A DNA stretch of 64,000 bases, taken from the NCBI GenBank assembly GCA_051362555.1, contig CM120645.1:18662001-18726000 (forward strand). Direction: 5' to 3'. Below the pieces are notes generated by a model. That model was not told where the DNA came from and made no database searches. It saw only the letters and a program-made list of their open reading frames with translations. Each line of letters starts with the position of its first letter. The stretch's first letter is position 1. This stretch comes from Lingula anatina. Taxonomy: Eukaryota; Animalia; Brachiopoda. The position numbers and the translations under genes were made by a program. Positions 25,701 through 39,101 of the stretch are shown here, piece by piece.

Positions 25701-28700
25701 GAAATGAAGACAGGAGTTGCCCAGTGGAAATGTTCCACTAGGACAGTATGGCGGTGCTACAACTCCAGATGGCTGAGGCTCTGGGACGTTTCGTTCATCG
25801 TGAGCCATCTCAGATGCAAGCTTCTTACATATTGCCTTTTGTATAGAAAACGGATATTGACAGGGGATCTTAACCCAGTTAGTGCTGTAACGGGAATTTA
25901 GAATCAACATGGCCGAGCAAGACTTCGACCTTTCATTTGGCGGGTGCTTAATGTCAAGATCAAGATTGAGGTAATCCTCAGCTGGTATGCGTCTTAATGA
26001 CTCTGCGTAATCTAAAAAGCTTGCAGCGAGGCTTCTAGAAGGAGATGGGTTATACCACTCAGCGTATCCTAACGGTGCACCGTCTGTCCACACGTTCTCT
26101 ATCTGTGGGAAGGGAAAAAATGACCTTTATATGTTTGTGTCTTCGTTACAAAAATGAATATAAAACTTTGAACCATGTTATAACTTACCAAGTGTTTTAT
26201 ATTTCGTTGCATTATTGTTTTATCTATATTATTCTATTTAGTTGTATTCCCAATATACATGATTCCTTTTTTGTATCTTTTGGCAGAGTGCCTTTACCAT
26301 GATTAATTTCACATTGTAGATGGTTTCTGTAGACTCACCTCTTTCCGAATCAATCCAATGTACACCAAATTCCTGCCAGACCGTGTCACTTTGTCAAGCC
26401 AGTCAGTGGACAGGCGTGATTTCAAAAAATCCAACTCCAGTGTGCTATGTACCGTTACAAGAGACGCGTTCAGACCCTGACATTGTCGTTGTGCCTGCAA
26501 CCAGGTTAACTTTTGAGCTGACGCCAGCAAGGTGTAGCACTTGCCTTTGAAGTGCACAAAGTTTGTCGGGCAACCTACACTAGGAGTATTTTTCTGGTGA
26601 CTCAGCATCCTATAGCTGACATGAAAGGGTTTGTAATGTGTCGGTGAGTTATTGGAGTTCGACAAGTAGCTGAAAACCAAATCTATCATGTAAGCGTTCG
26701 TGGAATACAAGGTTGGAGACTTTGTTATAGACATGGCTTGTGAAGTATACAGTAAACAAAGTTCATCGTTATTTCCCCAGCAAGGTATATGCTCTTGCAT
26801 TCTGAACTCAGGAAATCTCAGGAAATCCCGACTGACCTCCTCCTGATCGTAAGCTTCAGACCTCGACAAGACAACATTGGCATCATCAATTGTTATGGCG
26901 TAGTAACTCGTTCTACCAGACTCAAATAGAACTCCTAATGTGACACGATAAACTTGCTTTTGAAACGGATCTGACATGGATGGGCAAATGGACAGAGACC
27001 CATTTAGAGCAGGGATATGTGACACATTCTTAATCATGCATGTAGTGCTGACAGCTTCTGGAAAGTAGCGTTGAACGACGAGATGTAGGGAGCTGATGTC
27101 CCAGTCACATGAGGTTTTAATAAGAATATCCAACTTCCTCGCATGCATTTCGTCTGAAAGGGGAAGCAAGTTTGAGGATCGGCCCAGGTACACTTGAACG
27201 CATCCGTGCAACGATTTAAAACTTGCCCTTACTTTCATTAGTGCAGGTCCGGATGGAGATATCAGCAACATCCGAATGCCGTTGACGTGTTTTGTCTCGT
27301 GCGCTACGTGGAAGTACACGTGCACCGGATGTGCCATTTGGGTAAATGTAAATTCCATCCGAGCTCGAATTGTGAGTTTCCCAAGGACAGGAGGGTACTG
27401 GATATACTGAACTCCGTGTGTCGAGACTCCCCGCACAGCCATATCAGTGCTTCCACTTAAAAGAGGCATTGGCACAAATCCAAATCTAGTAAAATTCCCA
27501 GTTGCATCGACCTTAAAGTGTACAAAGCCAGATGAAATGTTTTCTTTCGACAATAACTCCGGATAGAAATAAACATGTATTGACATCTTACCAGCTGGAG
27601 CCGCATATAAGATACTGTGATTGTGAATGCCTTGGTACAAATACTGCATGTCCTCCTTTCTACCACATATTGGTCCTAGGGCGTCCTGTCCCTTAACGCC
27701 ATCTATCCTAATACCGGCAAAGCGACACCTTTCCTCGGGAAACCTCAAGTCGAAGTCCAGAGACATCACTAGATAGCTCCCAATAAAGAAGATGCGTTTG
27801 TCTATCCTTTTTTGTTTGTTGTCCATGTAAAAACTACGCTCAAACAAACCTTTCAGGCGAACGGTAGACTCTCTGGGTTTGGCAGCTGTAAGATCAAACG
27901 GTAAGCCTACAGATAAAACAAATGCTGAAAATTTTGCATAATAATTAAGAGGTTTCTGAAATTGCACTATTGCAGTGGATGCCGTGGAGCCAAAAACACC
28001 GCTTTTGTCAATTCGACATAGCCATACAGTGCTATTTGCAGTATTGTTAGAAGGCAAGCATGTTTTATCAGAGGCTGTGATGTCGTCGATACCCAGAAAC
28101 GATGCGGTGCTATTTGGTACTCGCGTGACTCCAATGCCTTGACCGCATGTTGTGTCACTGAGAAACAAACTACTGTTGTATTCAGGTAAACATGCGGTGC
28201 CATTCAAAATGTCGCCCCAATCCAGGCGAAACTCCTCTTTGTTATGAACGGATGTAGAATTCCATATAAGAAGTGCAGCGTCTGTTTGATTAAACAGCGT
28301 TGTTTCATTGGTTTGCGAGCAAGGACAAATCGCCTGTATCCGCCATTTTATGTTCATTGAGGACCCCGCTTTGCCTAGAAGTTCCCACTGATATGTTTGG
28401 TAATATTTACTTACGTTCGGCAGTGACGTGTCAGTACTGAATATTACTGTTTCTGATTCAAGTGTGTTTAATCTGACTACTTGCGGAGTACGAAGGCGGG
28501 CTCTCACGCTGGCATACTGAGCTGTAAATCGCCGCCGTGCTAAGTTGCTGGCACTTTTAAATTGAACGAGAATCGCATTGTTCTGTCCAGAGAGTACAGT
28601 CCAGCCATACCGCATGCCACAATATTTACCCAACAAAGTGCCACTGTTGGTTTTACCATCGTATATAGCTACATAACCCATGGTGCAGTTTGGCCCAGAG

Positions 28701-29071
28701 TAGCTAAGTTCAAAGCTAAAAAAAGTCAAATTTACCATGTATCCCTTTGGTGCTTCGATGATCCATAAACATTCAGTAAATGAAGATGGGGGCTCTTGTG
28801 GATAACCAGGGTTTTGTATAGTGCCGTATGGAGTGGTCAAAGTCAGAGTCTCTTTAAAGTCCAAACATGTGTCTCTCTTTGTGACGCTGTATTTTGAGTT
28901 GATGCATGCGTGCACTGCCTCGTGTCGTGACGACAGCTGTGCGGTCCTGCTCAGTGCGCGTCGAATACACTGCTGAAGGATGGTTTCCACGCTGGTATCG
29001 CGATGCGCGTGAACAGCGATTGAAATGAATAAATAACACACGCTAACGCCAAAGAATAGCAATTGCTCCAT
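22773..29071 (-). CDS. GRL101/LGR-like GPCR with CUB + C-type lectin + LDLa + LRR ectodomain, ~2020 aa, 2 coding exons
   Basis: Exon 1 29071-26339 (ATG, signal peptide MEQLLFFGVSVCYLFISIAVHA, CUB GTIQNPGYP..CLWIIEAP..GKYCG, first half of a CTLD). Phase-0 intron 26338-26103 (GTGAGT...tttcccttcccacAG). Exon 2 26102-22773. The splice gives VYIGLIRKE|IENVWTDG, restoring the lectin fold. Followed by 5 clear and 1-2 degenerate LDLa repeats, about 7 LRRs, the hinge CCLA...CEHVIP and 7 hydrophobic segments. Confidence 0.9.
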
Positions 29072-31004
29072 GATGGCATTCACATCCCAGAAACGTGTCT
29101 GTAACTGTGGTTTATATCAGCATGACAGCGTCAGGGGTGTTCTTTTGTCCATCTAATTTGTTGATCAAAACATCATTACTTTTCACTTTAAAGACAAATG
29201 AACAACACTGCTCTGCTGACTGTGGAAGTGTGTCAGGAGGCATGGTTTATATCTTTCTCTGTACGCGACAAGTATTAATTTTCAGTTACCTTCCCTGAAT
29301 AAGAAAATTACGCAGTGCAGTGTCATATTCGTTAGATGAAAGAGTGAATTTTACTGGGCGGATAATTTACTATCTGTTATACCTTTAATCCTGATTAGAA
29401 ACAATTTCATCGGCGAAGATGAAACAGTAAACGGCCATGCGATGACCATTCATCTGCATTAAATGTATTTTTCATGGTGCTCCGCCGAACATCAAAAACG
29501 CAAAGCAGGCCGTTTTCCTTCTGATTTGATAGAAAGTTGCCGCTTTAATTACCACGGGTCCCGAATGTTCCAATTATAAATGTTACAGGGGGCTTATGCC
29601 GATGAGAGGAGCCACTGTATTTTGATACCGAGGATCTGTTTGAGCTATGTAGATCCTATGTAGCAAGTATTCGCATCTTCAGAAATGATCCACAGAAGGC
29701 CAAGATACAGGTCCTGTATGCAGCTTTGCATCCATTGCTTAAAACCAAAGGGCTTCACTATATTTTCTTGCCAACTCCTATTATTTATGCTATATATTTT
29801 ATCTACTTCCTACTTATTTTTATGTTTACAGTGTATGCCCTGAATGTGTATGTTATATCCTTTTGATGCAAACAACGAAATTAAATCCCTGGCAAAAATG
29901 TAAGAAGTGTAAATGTATGTGTACTGGGAGTAGGAGCCGTATATGGGACTGTAAACTGCAGTAAAATATTTTAAAGCAATCAAGGCACGACGACACTCGG
30001 TGACGTGACTGTGACACCGGGATACGCAGTCGTGTGTAACAGTAGTTGGGAATAAAGTGCACATTTTTACTGGGTCGTTATTTTCGGTAATCGGTAGTTC
30101 AGTAGCTTCACTAGCTGTGAAGCATATATCTTCCATATATCTTTTCGTCAATTGGTACACCCGATAGCTAACTGTTTCGCATGCCTTCGGTGAAATATTT
30201 TAATATACAAGAATATTCATATCTTGTTAACTTTTTCAACAATAAAGAAAGAAAATCACCCTTCAAGAGAGGGAAATTTACGTAAGAAGTCAATGACACC
30301 CTTTAAAGTTTTTTGTGTATGTGAAAAGGCGCCCACTTGTTCACACAAATCGCTTTTTTTTCTAATATGGTACCGAACAAGTTGATTGACCAGTAATTGA
30401 CGGCTCTGTGATAGACGAAAGGATGTGGAAAATACCATGCGCTGGGTTAGATGATTGACAGCCAGCGATACGTCAATTAGTTTTACCATCTGATGGGGGG
30501 AAAACCAACGACATTTATAAGTATGTAGTTTAACAAGATTTCGTCGGTGTCGTCGGGCAGTGATAAGCCCAGCGATAAATGTGGGGATAAAAAGGGCTTT
30601 CATCTTCCTCTAAACGCACATTATTTTTCAAATAATCAATGTTGCAATGAAGTATGCGGGTGTCAAACCTGACATGTATGAACGGGGTGTTCTTTTCATG
30701 TTTCACTGGTAATGTTCCCACATCATACACTGGCTAAATTACTTGCCCTTTCATATCCCTCTTTTTATTGAATGTATCTCTTGGACAGGAATTTAGCATT
30801 ATCTATAATACTAGATATTCAATGCAGAATCACCGCGATTTTCTTCTTTTGTACATGTCAGATTTGCAGGATGGGAAGTAATATTGATTCTGATTCTTAG
30901 GTTACACATTTTGAACGTCTTTTGAATCAGGAGGTCGTTACTGATGAAAATCAAACATAGTAATAGAGTCTGAACTGAACAGATATGGTGACAGTGTGAA
31001 CCTT

Positions 31005-31275
31005 CATTACCTTGCCTGTCATTCTTCTTTTCCCTTCCCCTCCCTTTCTTCCCCTCCCTTTCCTTTCCTTTCTATACCTTGCCCTCCCAGTCTTCCTTTG
31101 GCTTGCCTTTGTCTGTGTTGCTTTACCTTGTCATTCCGTACCGTGACTCCCCTTGCTCCCCTTGACTTGTCCTGTTTTCCCGTCCTTTCACTGCCTTGTC
31201 TTAGCTTGCCTTGCCTTCCCTTGCCCAGCTTTCCTTTTTTTTTTTGGTCTTATTTCCGTCCCTCCCTTCCCTTCT
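31005..31275. repeat. Pyrimidine-rich degenerate pentamer repeat (CCTTK-like)
   Basis: Runs of ccttg/ccttt/ccctt; shorter versions near 37900 and 43480. Confidence 0.7.
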
Positions 31276-31792
31276 GTTGGTCATTCTGCACCGTGAACCC
31301 CCTGCGTATTTCACGTGTAACACTGGACTTTCGGTTTTTATATGGCATAAGTAGCGCGCACATGATTGGGGATTATCATTTAAATGTAAAATTGTTATAA
31401 ATCTAACAACAGTCTTTTGTAAAATAATAAATATGAGAGTGTGAATGTAAATGGTAGTAATCAAACTACCAATATAAAACTACAACATAGAGACTGAAGA
31501 ACAATAAATAGGCACATGTGCATGTGAAAAGGTTGGATTGTTTGGGATTTGAAATAATTTATCTGTCAGACACTGCGAAACCTTTGTGGTATTGATAGTC
31601 ATGTATTGTCTCACTTTACATACTAGTACAGAAAGTATGTGTACAACATTTCGCTGATATATTCACAACCTGCTTAATGTAAATTTTTATGCTTGCTTCG
31701 CTTTGCTGAATAACAGAAGTGACAACGCAACATTCGATTGAAGACAGAGGAGAGTTAAAACGTGGTTTGTGTTCTACATATCACAGTGAACG

Positions 31793-34700
31793 ATGAAATG
31801 TCCTCTTCATGCTTGGTATGCATTTTGTCTTATAAACGTCACTGGGTTATGTGTGCTGTATCTCTTGGTAAATGAACTGCGACGTGACCAACCGTTGCCG
31901 CGCCATGTCGACCGTTTCCGCGATACCTTATTGCACTATCTAAGATTTCATCGCGTGTTGCAGGAGGACGGTGCCACAAAACCCAACGCTTCACTGTGTG
32001 ACGTCAACACACTCGATGGACTTCACGCCTTCTCAGACCTTTACCTAGAGTGGGTTTTATCCGGAACCAGAAAACCGCTGACAAACTCTTGCACTTTGTC
32101 GATTAGACCCACTGATGATTCACATGATGATATTATCGTGCAATTTTACAAAGCATACAGAAAACTTATGCTGGCACAGCAACCTGTAAGTGAAGTTTCT
32201 GGTCTCATTAGACTGGAAAACGGAATTGGCTGTGAAGCAAAACGAAGCCTCACGAACCGTCGAGCTCTTTCGCATGGAACACATAAGTTTTCCTATGGCG
32301 CCATGTACCAAGGCCGAGAAGTGGCGGTTAGAACACCGTTTATATTCAGCAATTTTTCTAAAAATTGCCTTTTGCATGAGAGAAAGTCGCTACCTACTTG
32401 TTACGCAGCAGTGACCCGTTTTTTCGTACAGGAAATTTGGTTTCATCAAATATTACGTCACGCAAATATCATTAAGGTAGGTTTCGTTTGTAACTTTGAC
32501 TAATTACTTTATAGACTTGCCATCACCTGTATAATACATAACCACATTGCCCCTACTTTCCACCATTTCAGTCGACATTCAAGTTAACTTGTACCGATAT
32601 ATAAAGGGTGCTCGGCAGAGATAGTTTCTAGGGAGCAATGGCGAAAAAATTAAATATTAATATCATTCATGCATTTCCTGGAAAGAATAGGTAGCTGTGA
32701 AGAAAGAAATTAATAAACGATGACCCCAGGAATAATGCGTCCTAATTAATTTTAATGTCGCTTCCTGCAAAACCTACGTGCGTTATCAGCCCATACGGTG
32801 TCATGAGGTCTTCCAGCACATATTCTGCTAGTGAAAGCATCCTCATTTTTCATATTATGTTTAAGTTTCATATTATGTTTGATTTCTGTTTGAACGTTTT
32901 TAGTTACTGGGCTATTGCGTCCCCAAAAAACTGTTTGATGGCACTGTAGATACGACGGTAACCATGGTAACTGAGATGGGGATACCGCTTAACCTGTCAA
33001 ACATGACATGGGACCAGAAACTACAGGTACTGTAACTCAAAGGCAACTCAAATGTACACTACAGGGAACAAATTGTTCAGAAAGTACAGTTAACTCAATT
33101 GTACAGATTGTGAGAGCGACACACTGGCGTTGAATATTCAATATGAACTGCAAGATGCTTAGAGTTTTGCTGTAAATTCCGACCGTTTCTAAATTACTAA
33201 TTCGCCTGGTACTCTAGAAAGATATATTTGGACTGCAATGGTAACATACACAATGGCATTTTTAGTGTGTAACTTTGAAATCTCCATGGCCTGAAGCCCA
33301 ATGTTATGCACATTTTCTGAATGTCTGTGTTACATGTACCTGTGGCACATGAATAAAAAAAATTGTTGGTGATTATGCTATTCAACATAAATAGGCATCA
33401 AAATACATAATAAGACATCAAAATTGATAAAATACACATATCGTGGGCTAGAATCATAATTTTCTGCTCTGTGTCTGTGCATTTTTACAGATCGGTTATG
33501 AAGTGGCAGATTTAATGGACTATGCTCGTCGACATCCAAATGGATCAGTAGAATTTCGAGATTTTGCTATGCGCCAGTTCGTCATGGTGAATAACACTGC
33601 TCAGTTCGTGGATATGGAGTCGTTCAGGGTAGGAGAAATGCAGTGTCAAAGTATGGATGACTGTGCCTCAAAACACTGGAATCCACAAAAGAGAGCGATA
33701 AGGTAGGTCACCATAATATAGATCGTACACCATCGTTTGATACTTCTGCGTCGCTGGTTACCGGTCTTATTACATGCGACCCTACTCATATATGTATTTT
33801 TCAGTTGGCATAATATAGCATATAAGGCTCTCCGGCGATATTCAGACAATTTATATCATTAATTTTTTTATCATTTTTAGAAGGCTTTTTGAAGTTTGGG
33901 TCCCAAGTTACTAGTTGTAGATCTACATGTTTTATTATAAGTATGTATTATTTAGTATCAGTATCAAGATTGGTGAAAGTGTGGCCTAAACTTCTTCTCA
34001 TGCAAAAAAAAAAAAAAAAACTTGGTGTATACGTGTGTTACGGCTCTACCTTGGTCCTCAAATCACTTTTTTCCCTTGGTTCTAAATTGTTTCCGAAAGA
34101 CTCTGTTCTGGTCCTTCACCTGTGGATGTCCATCAAGACTGTTCTGGTCCTTCACCTGTGAATGTCCATCGTGACGTGATCAAATGTGGCACCGAAATCA
34201 AGCCCTTGACTGACTCTGTTATGGTATCCAATTCTTGAAGCTTAAAACTTTTATGTTCTACCAAAAAACCGGCTGTACACTGAATGTTAGAAACAAATGC
34301 ATTTAATTTATTTGATTCGTTTTATATTTGCTATAATATTTCATCATTCTTTTTTAAAAACACAATAGTTTTGCCGCGTGCCTACCCTTTCAATTCATAT
34401 TAATAGCGTGCTGTTCATCTTGTGTTCAAAACTGTGGATGATGGTGGGGGGGGGGGGGGGGGGGGCTCATTACTCGGTGTTGTAAAGCCTCTTGTAAACA
34501 ATTTAGAACCAGGGGACCAAATTTGATTTGAGGACCAGGATAGAGTCGTTACATACGTGGCCACTTTTTTTGTCTATGGGCAAACAAACATCGCAAATTT
34601 CTAAGTCATGCATGTTTCACATCTGAAACATAGCTTCTATGAGAAATCATCTAAGTGACTCCTCTGCAGCTATTATTTTAAATACTCTTATTACATCTCG

Positions 34701-35326
34701 ACTAGACTACCACAATTATTTTCTTTACAAATGTCCATAAGAAAAAATAAAACATCTGCAATGTATTAAAATATTCTCTGCTTAAAATATCTCTGTTTTT
34801 ACCCGTACACCTGGTGACAGCCACATTAGCTCTATCCTCAAACAACTTCATAGGCTTCACAGAAAAGCACAAATTCTTTTAAAACTTTTATTATACGCAC
34901 ACGCTGCTTTTACAACTTGGCCCCACCATATTTATCCGTTCTTGTATCAATTTACGACTCCCCCCTGCCAGTTACGCTCTTCCGACCATTTACTTTGAAC
35001 ATCGTGTAGGGCTCAACTTGTGTCATACGTGATATGGTGACAATTCTTTTAAGGTCGCTGCACGTGCAGTAGTGAATGGAATTAACTGCCACTTTCACTG
35101 CATAGGATATACTCTCCAGCTACTTTTAAAATGGAACTATAGACGTATTTATTTAAATTTTTTATTAATAGTTTTTATTATTGACGTTTTTAAGTCAGTG
35201 ATCAAGTACCATTTCAATTTCTACATTATTTGTTTCAATTAATTTTCCTCTTTTTATAATTTTACTAGCCTTTATATTACTTCTTTTGCGTTTCATTGTA
35301 AAGTCTACTGAACAAATTTGGATTTT

Positions 35327-35393
<67 letters not shown>

Positions 35394-37051
35394 CATTGGT
35401 CAAAAAGGTTGTCCCACCCCCATTTCCATGTACTTTTAATTACAAATGATCACCTCACAGCTGTAAATTGTTAGAAATAGTGCTTTTTATTACAGATACC
35501 GTGTCTAACATGATTACTGGTTTAAAAAATACAAAATAGAGGTAAAAAATATACATATTTTATACCATTTAGTCAAATTTATAAGAGGTACCCCCTCAAA
35601 ACGACTGTTTCACTGTGACTTCTACAGATGTAAAGAAATGTCTATAAAATTGAAAAGACGCCATCAAATGTCCCCAAATTCACAGACAATTAGCATTAGG
35701 GTGTGCTCGTTAAAGGTCACGTGCCTAACAGCGTGTGCGTCTACCGCGTACTGCAATTATCCCCTGTAGACGGCGCGACAAGCCTTCAACGGGTAACAAT
35801 TCTGTTTTGTGGGATATTGTCCCATTCTTCTTAAACAAGTTGGGGGAGTTGGTCCACGTTTTTATGGGGTTGGTTCTCCTTTGCATTGCACACTCCAATT
35901 CATGTCACAGTTGATTAGTAAGTTTAATATCAGGGCTCAAAGATGGTGGTTCCATCCTTAGACCATTGTGTTTCTTCAACAAACATTTGCCAGGCGAGAG
36001 GTGTGAGCAAGTGTGCAGTCATGATAAAGCCTGGAGTTAACCCCAAAGTCGGTTCTTGAAGATGGAATGAGATATCAGCTGAGAATGCTACGTACAGTGA
36101 TCCCACAGGCACCTGAACCTGGCCATCCATCACTGGAAGGAAGTCAAGTTTAATGCAGAATCAAATTATTTCTTGTATCCCATCGATGGTCAAAGAGGGT
36201 CCATAAACATGTTAAAAAATGCTTCTTGGAAGGGTGTGTGTTGGGTAATATCGCCTGAGGTGTTAGATCAATCCGCATTTGGAGAACATTCCAAGCCCAT
36301 GGTATTAGTACATTGTTCCTTCTGGAACAAAACGTAACAGGGGCATTTTAATGTAACATTCTCAACAGAAATCTCACTCCATTTGCAAGAGGTGACTTCA
36401 GGGATGCTACTGGCTTCATTGTGACAACGCGCTTGCTCACCGCTCTCGTCTGGCAAAGGATTTGTTGCAGAAACACAGGGCTCTGAGGATGGGACAACCG
36501 TCTTTGAGCCCTGATATTAATCCTACTGAGCACCTGTGGCATAAATTGGAATGTGCATTGTGGAGGAGAACCGATTCCTAAATAATCTTGACCAATTCCG
36601 CCACGCTCTTTAGGATGAATGGGACAATATCCCACATAACAGAATTGTTACCCGTGTTGAAGGCTTGTCGCGCCGTCTACAGGAGATAATTGCAGTACGC
36701 GGTAGACGCACACGCTGTTAGGCACGTGATCTTTAACGAGCACACTCTAATGCTAGTTGTGTGTGAATTTGGTGACATTTGATGGCGTCTTTTCAATTTT
36801 ATAGACATTTCGTTACATCTGTAGAAGTCACAGTGAAACAGTCGTTTTGAGGGGGTACCTCTTATAAATTTTACTAAATGGTATAAAATGTGTATATTTT
36901 CACCACTATTTTGTATTTTTTAAACCATTAATCATGTTAGACACGGTATCCGTAATAAAAAGCACTATTTTTAACATTTCACAGCTGTGAGGTGATCATT
37001 TGTAAATAAAAGTACATGGAAATGGGGGTGGGACAACCTTTTTGACCAATG

Positions 37052-37122
<71 letters not shown>

Positions 37123-37416
37123 AATTCGCGTTATGTAATACGCTTCTTTTCCGTTTTTGTTCCTAGGGTCCCCTGTGTGAATGGTTCTTGTGTAGGACTG
37201 AATGAGAAACTCAACGTATGGATGTATAATTTTTATCTGCTAGGGAAATATATTCTGCCGGACTCTCCACTCATCTTCAGAAGGAGTCTAAGCAACATGG
37301 TGCTAAAAGGCGACAAAGGGGAAGTTGGAATTGAGGTTATAAAAGAGAAACTGAGGAAAATGATATTAGCCAGGTCATTCATGTATCAACAGCTGAAAAA
37401 CACTGATAGGCAGTAA
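31793..37416 (+). CDS. PKDCC: PKDCC/VLK-family extracellular tyrosine kinase-like, copy 1 (422 aa; VAIK Lys replaced by Arg)
   Basis: Exons 31793-32476, 32904-33026, 33491-33702, 37167-37416 have GT-AG ends and a consistent frame. N-terminal signal anchor; HANIIK|LLGYC, VTEMG, GSVEFRDFAMRQFVMVN..VDM, CVNGSCVGLNEKLN match the PKDCC family. Symbol is family-level only. Confidence 0.85.
34020..34570. mobile_element. Non-autonomous inverted-repeat element in kinase copy 1 intron 3
   Basis: tacgtgtgttacggctctaccttggtcctcaaatca..ttggttctaaattgttt is inverted against aaacaatttagaacca..tgatttgaggaccaggatagagtcgttacatacgt; internal ~35-bp direct repeat at 34099-34170. Confidence 0.65.
34800..35170 (+). 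mobile_element. L2-type LINE 3' remnant
   Basis: Broken frames read HISSILKQLH.L...FK.LL...NLAPPYL, typical of the L2 ORF2 C-terminus. Confidence 0.55.
35391..37054. mobile_element. Foldback (palindromic) Tc1/mariner derivative inserted in (TA)n
   Basis: Termini cagcattggtcaaaaaggttgtcccacc / ggtgggacaacctttttgaccaatgctg flanked by TA repeats. Outer ~440 bp of the arms are near-identical. Both arms carry decayed transposase C-termini (SPDINPTEHLW...EWDNIP...RRLQEIIAVRG). Confidence 0.88.
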
Positions 37417-37639
37417 CAGGTTTATTTTTCATTAAGGATTAATTTAAGTTTATACAATAATTGTACTGATATGAGCACTAGAGGTAATAACATAACGCAT
37501 CCAGACGTCAATGTGAACTCTCTTTTCGGGAGTCCTAAGGTTTAGGGCGAAAAACGAAAAAAATTACAGATATACATTTTTGTTAGTGTTATTTTCTTCA
37601 CTTTAATGTAAGGTTTATATGACCTGCATTGTGGTAGGT

Positions 37640-37824
37640 AGTGGTAGAGCGCACGCTTTGTATGTGCTTTATTCATTGTATCGTATGCATCTTCATGGGT
37701 AGATGAAAATGTACAATAGGAATGCAATTATAAATAAATATGAATTATGTTAAATAGTGATATTGTACGACTACTTGTAAGAATAATACAAAACATATTT
37801 GGCAGAGCTCTACCTACTCAACTG
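37640..37824. mobile_element. 185-bp insertion flanked by a 14-bp direct repeat, absent from the paralogous copy
   Basis: gcattgtggtaggt at 37626-37639 and 37825-37838; the copy 2 flank (~43405) has a single gcattgtgggaggt followed directly by gaaaaagcagcac. Confidence 0.7.
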
Positions 37825-38573
37825 GCATTGTGGTAGGTGAAAAAGCAGCACATCTGCTGCAGTACTGTAGTAAGTAGGACAATTATTCTGGGCAAGTCCC
37901 TCCCTTCCTCTTGCCTCACTTGCCTTGCCTTGTAGAGCCGCATTTTGCAACTGCAACGCATTTTGCAACCAAAGAAACTCGTGAAAACGCATTTTGTAAC
38001 TGCAACGCATTTTGCAACTAGGAACAGTTTGAAGTACGAAATAGGTTTACTTGGGGTGGGGACGGGTTTGCTTCGAAATATTTACAAAGAAAATTATCCG
38101 ACTTTTAGCACACTGTCCAGGCTGTAAGGACAAGATCCCTTTGAATGTGTCAGATCTGCAGTCCGTTACCTTTACTTAAAAACGAGAGACAAAACAAATC
38201 ACCCTGTCATCTCGGGCCAATATAGTCTAGCTATGAAAATATAATAAATAACTTGAATTATCAATTATTATTTAGTTTAATTATCCTCTCTGTCCGCTCA
38301 CAGCAGGCTTGAAAGAGAATTTTATTTATTTGAACATGAGATTAGTCACAAACTCCCTAGCGATATATGTAAATGTGTTGGCAGTATCTCCCCAAATATA
38401 TTTTGATTGCTTGATTTGCTGGTTTTATAAAAAGAATTATGGCTAGAGAAAAAGAATAAATAAATTTCTATCTATCTAGAGACAAAATTTGATAAAACAT
38501 GTTACATGCAAAACATATAGACGAGAACAATCTACCCAGTACCATTTTTTTTTCGTATTGCGCTCCTTCAATT

Positions 38574-38605
<32 letters not shown>

Positions 38606-39101
38606 TCGGGTATTTTTACTTTCTCTCTGTAATATTTACAGTCTTTTGTGAACACGACCAGTGTTGAAAAAGGATAGCTCACTACCATCTCTAAAATCTG
38701 AAATTGAAGATTGTTCTAAAAACACCGTTGTTTTCATTGTTACTTTTATTAATTGTTCATCCTTTCTTCGGCCACCACGTACATGTTTCAATGATGCAGC
38801 TAATAAATTGTTACGGGAATTTCAAAAAAATATTTTTGGTTTTGTTGTAACTTTTACTTTATGAAATCGTATTTTAACACTAAATTTAGTGTGCAATATT
38901 CAACTGGTACAAGAAATAAATATACAAATAATTATGACCGACACGGTATGTAAATAATATTATGCTTGAATATTCACGACCTGCTCCAATGCTAATTTTT
39001 AATTTCATCTCGCCTTTGAATAAAAAAAAAGCGACAGGGCATTGTTTGATACAAGTCAGATGAATATTATAACGAGTTTGTGCTCCACGTATTAGTGAAC
39101 G

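Noticed and set aside
29810-30730. Short - strand ORFs between the receptor and kinase genes
   Set aside because: No recognisable domain, frames do not join, no consistent splice sites.
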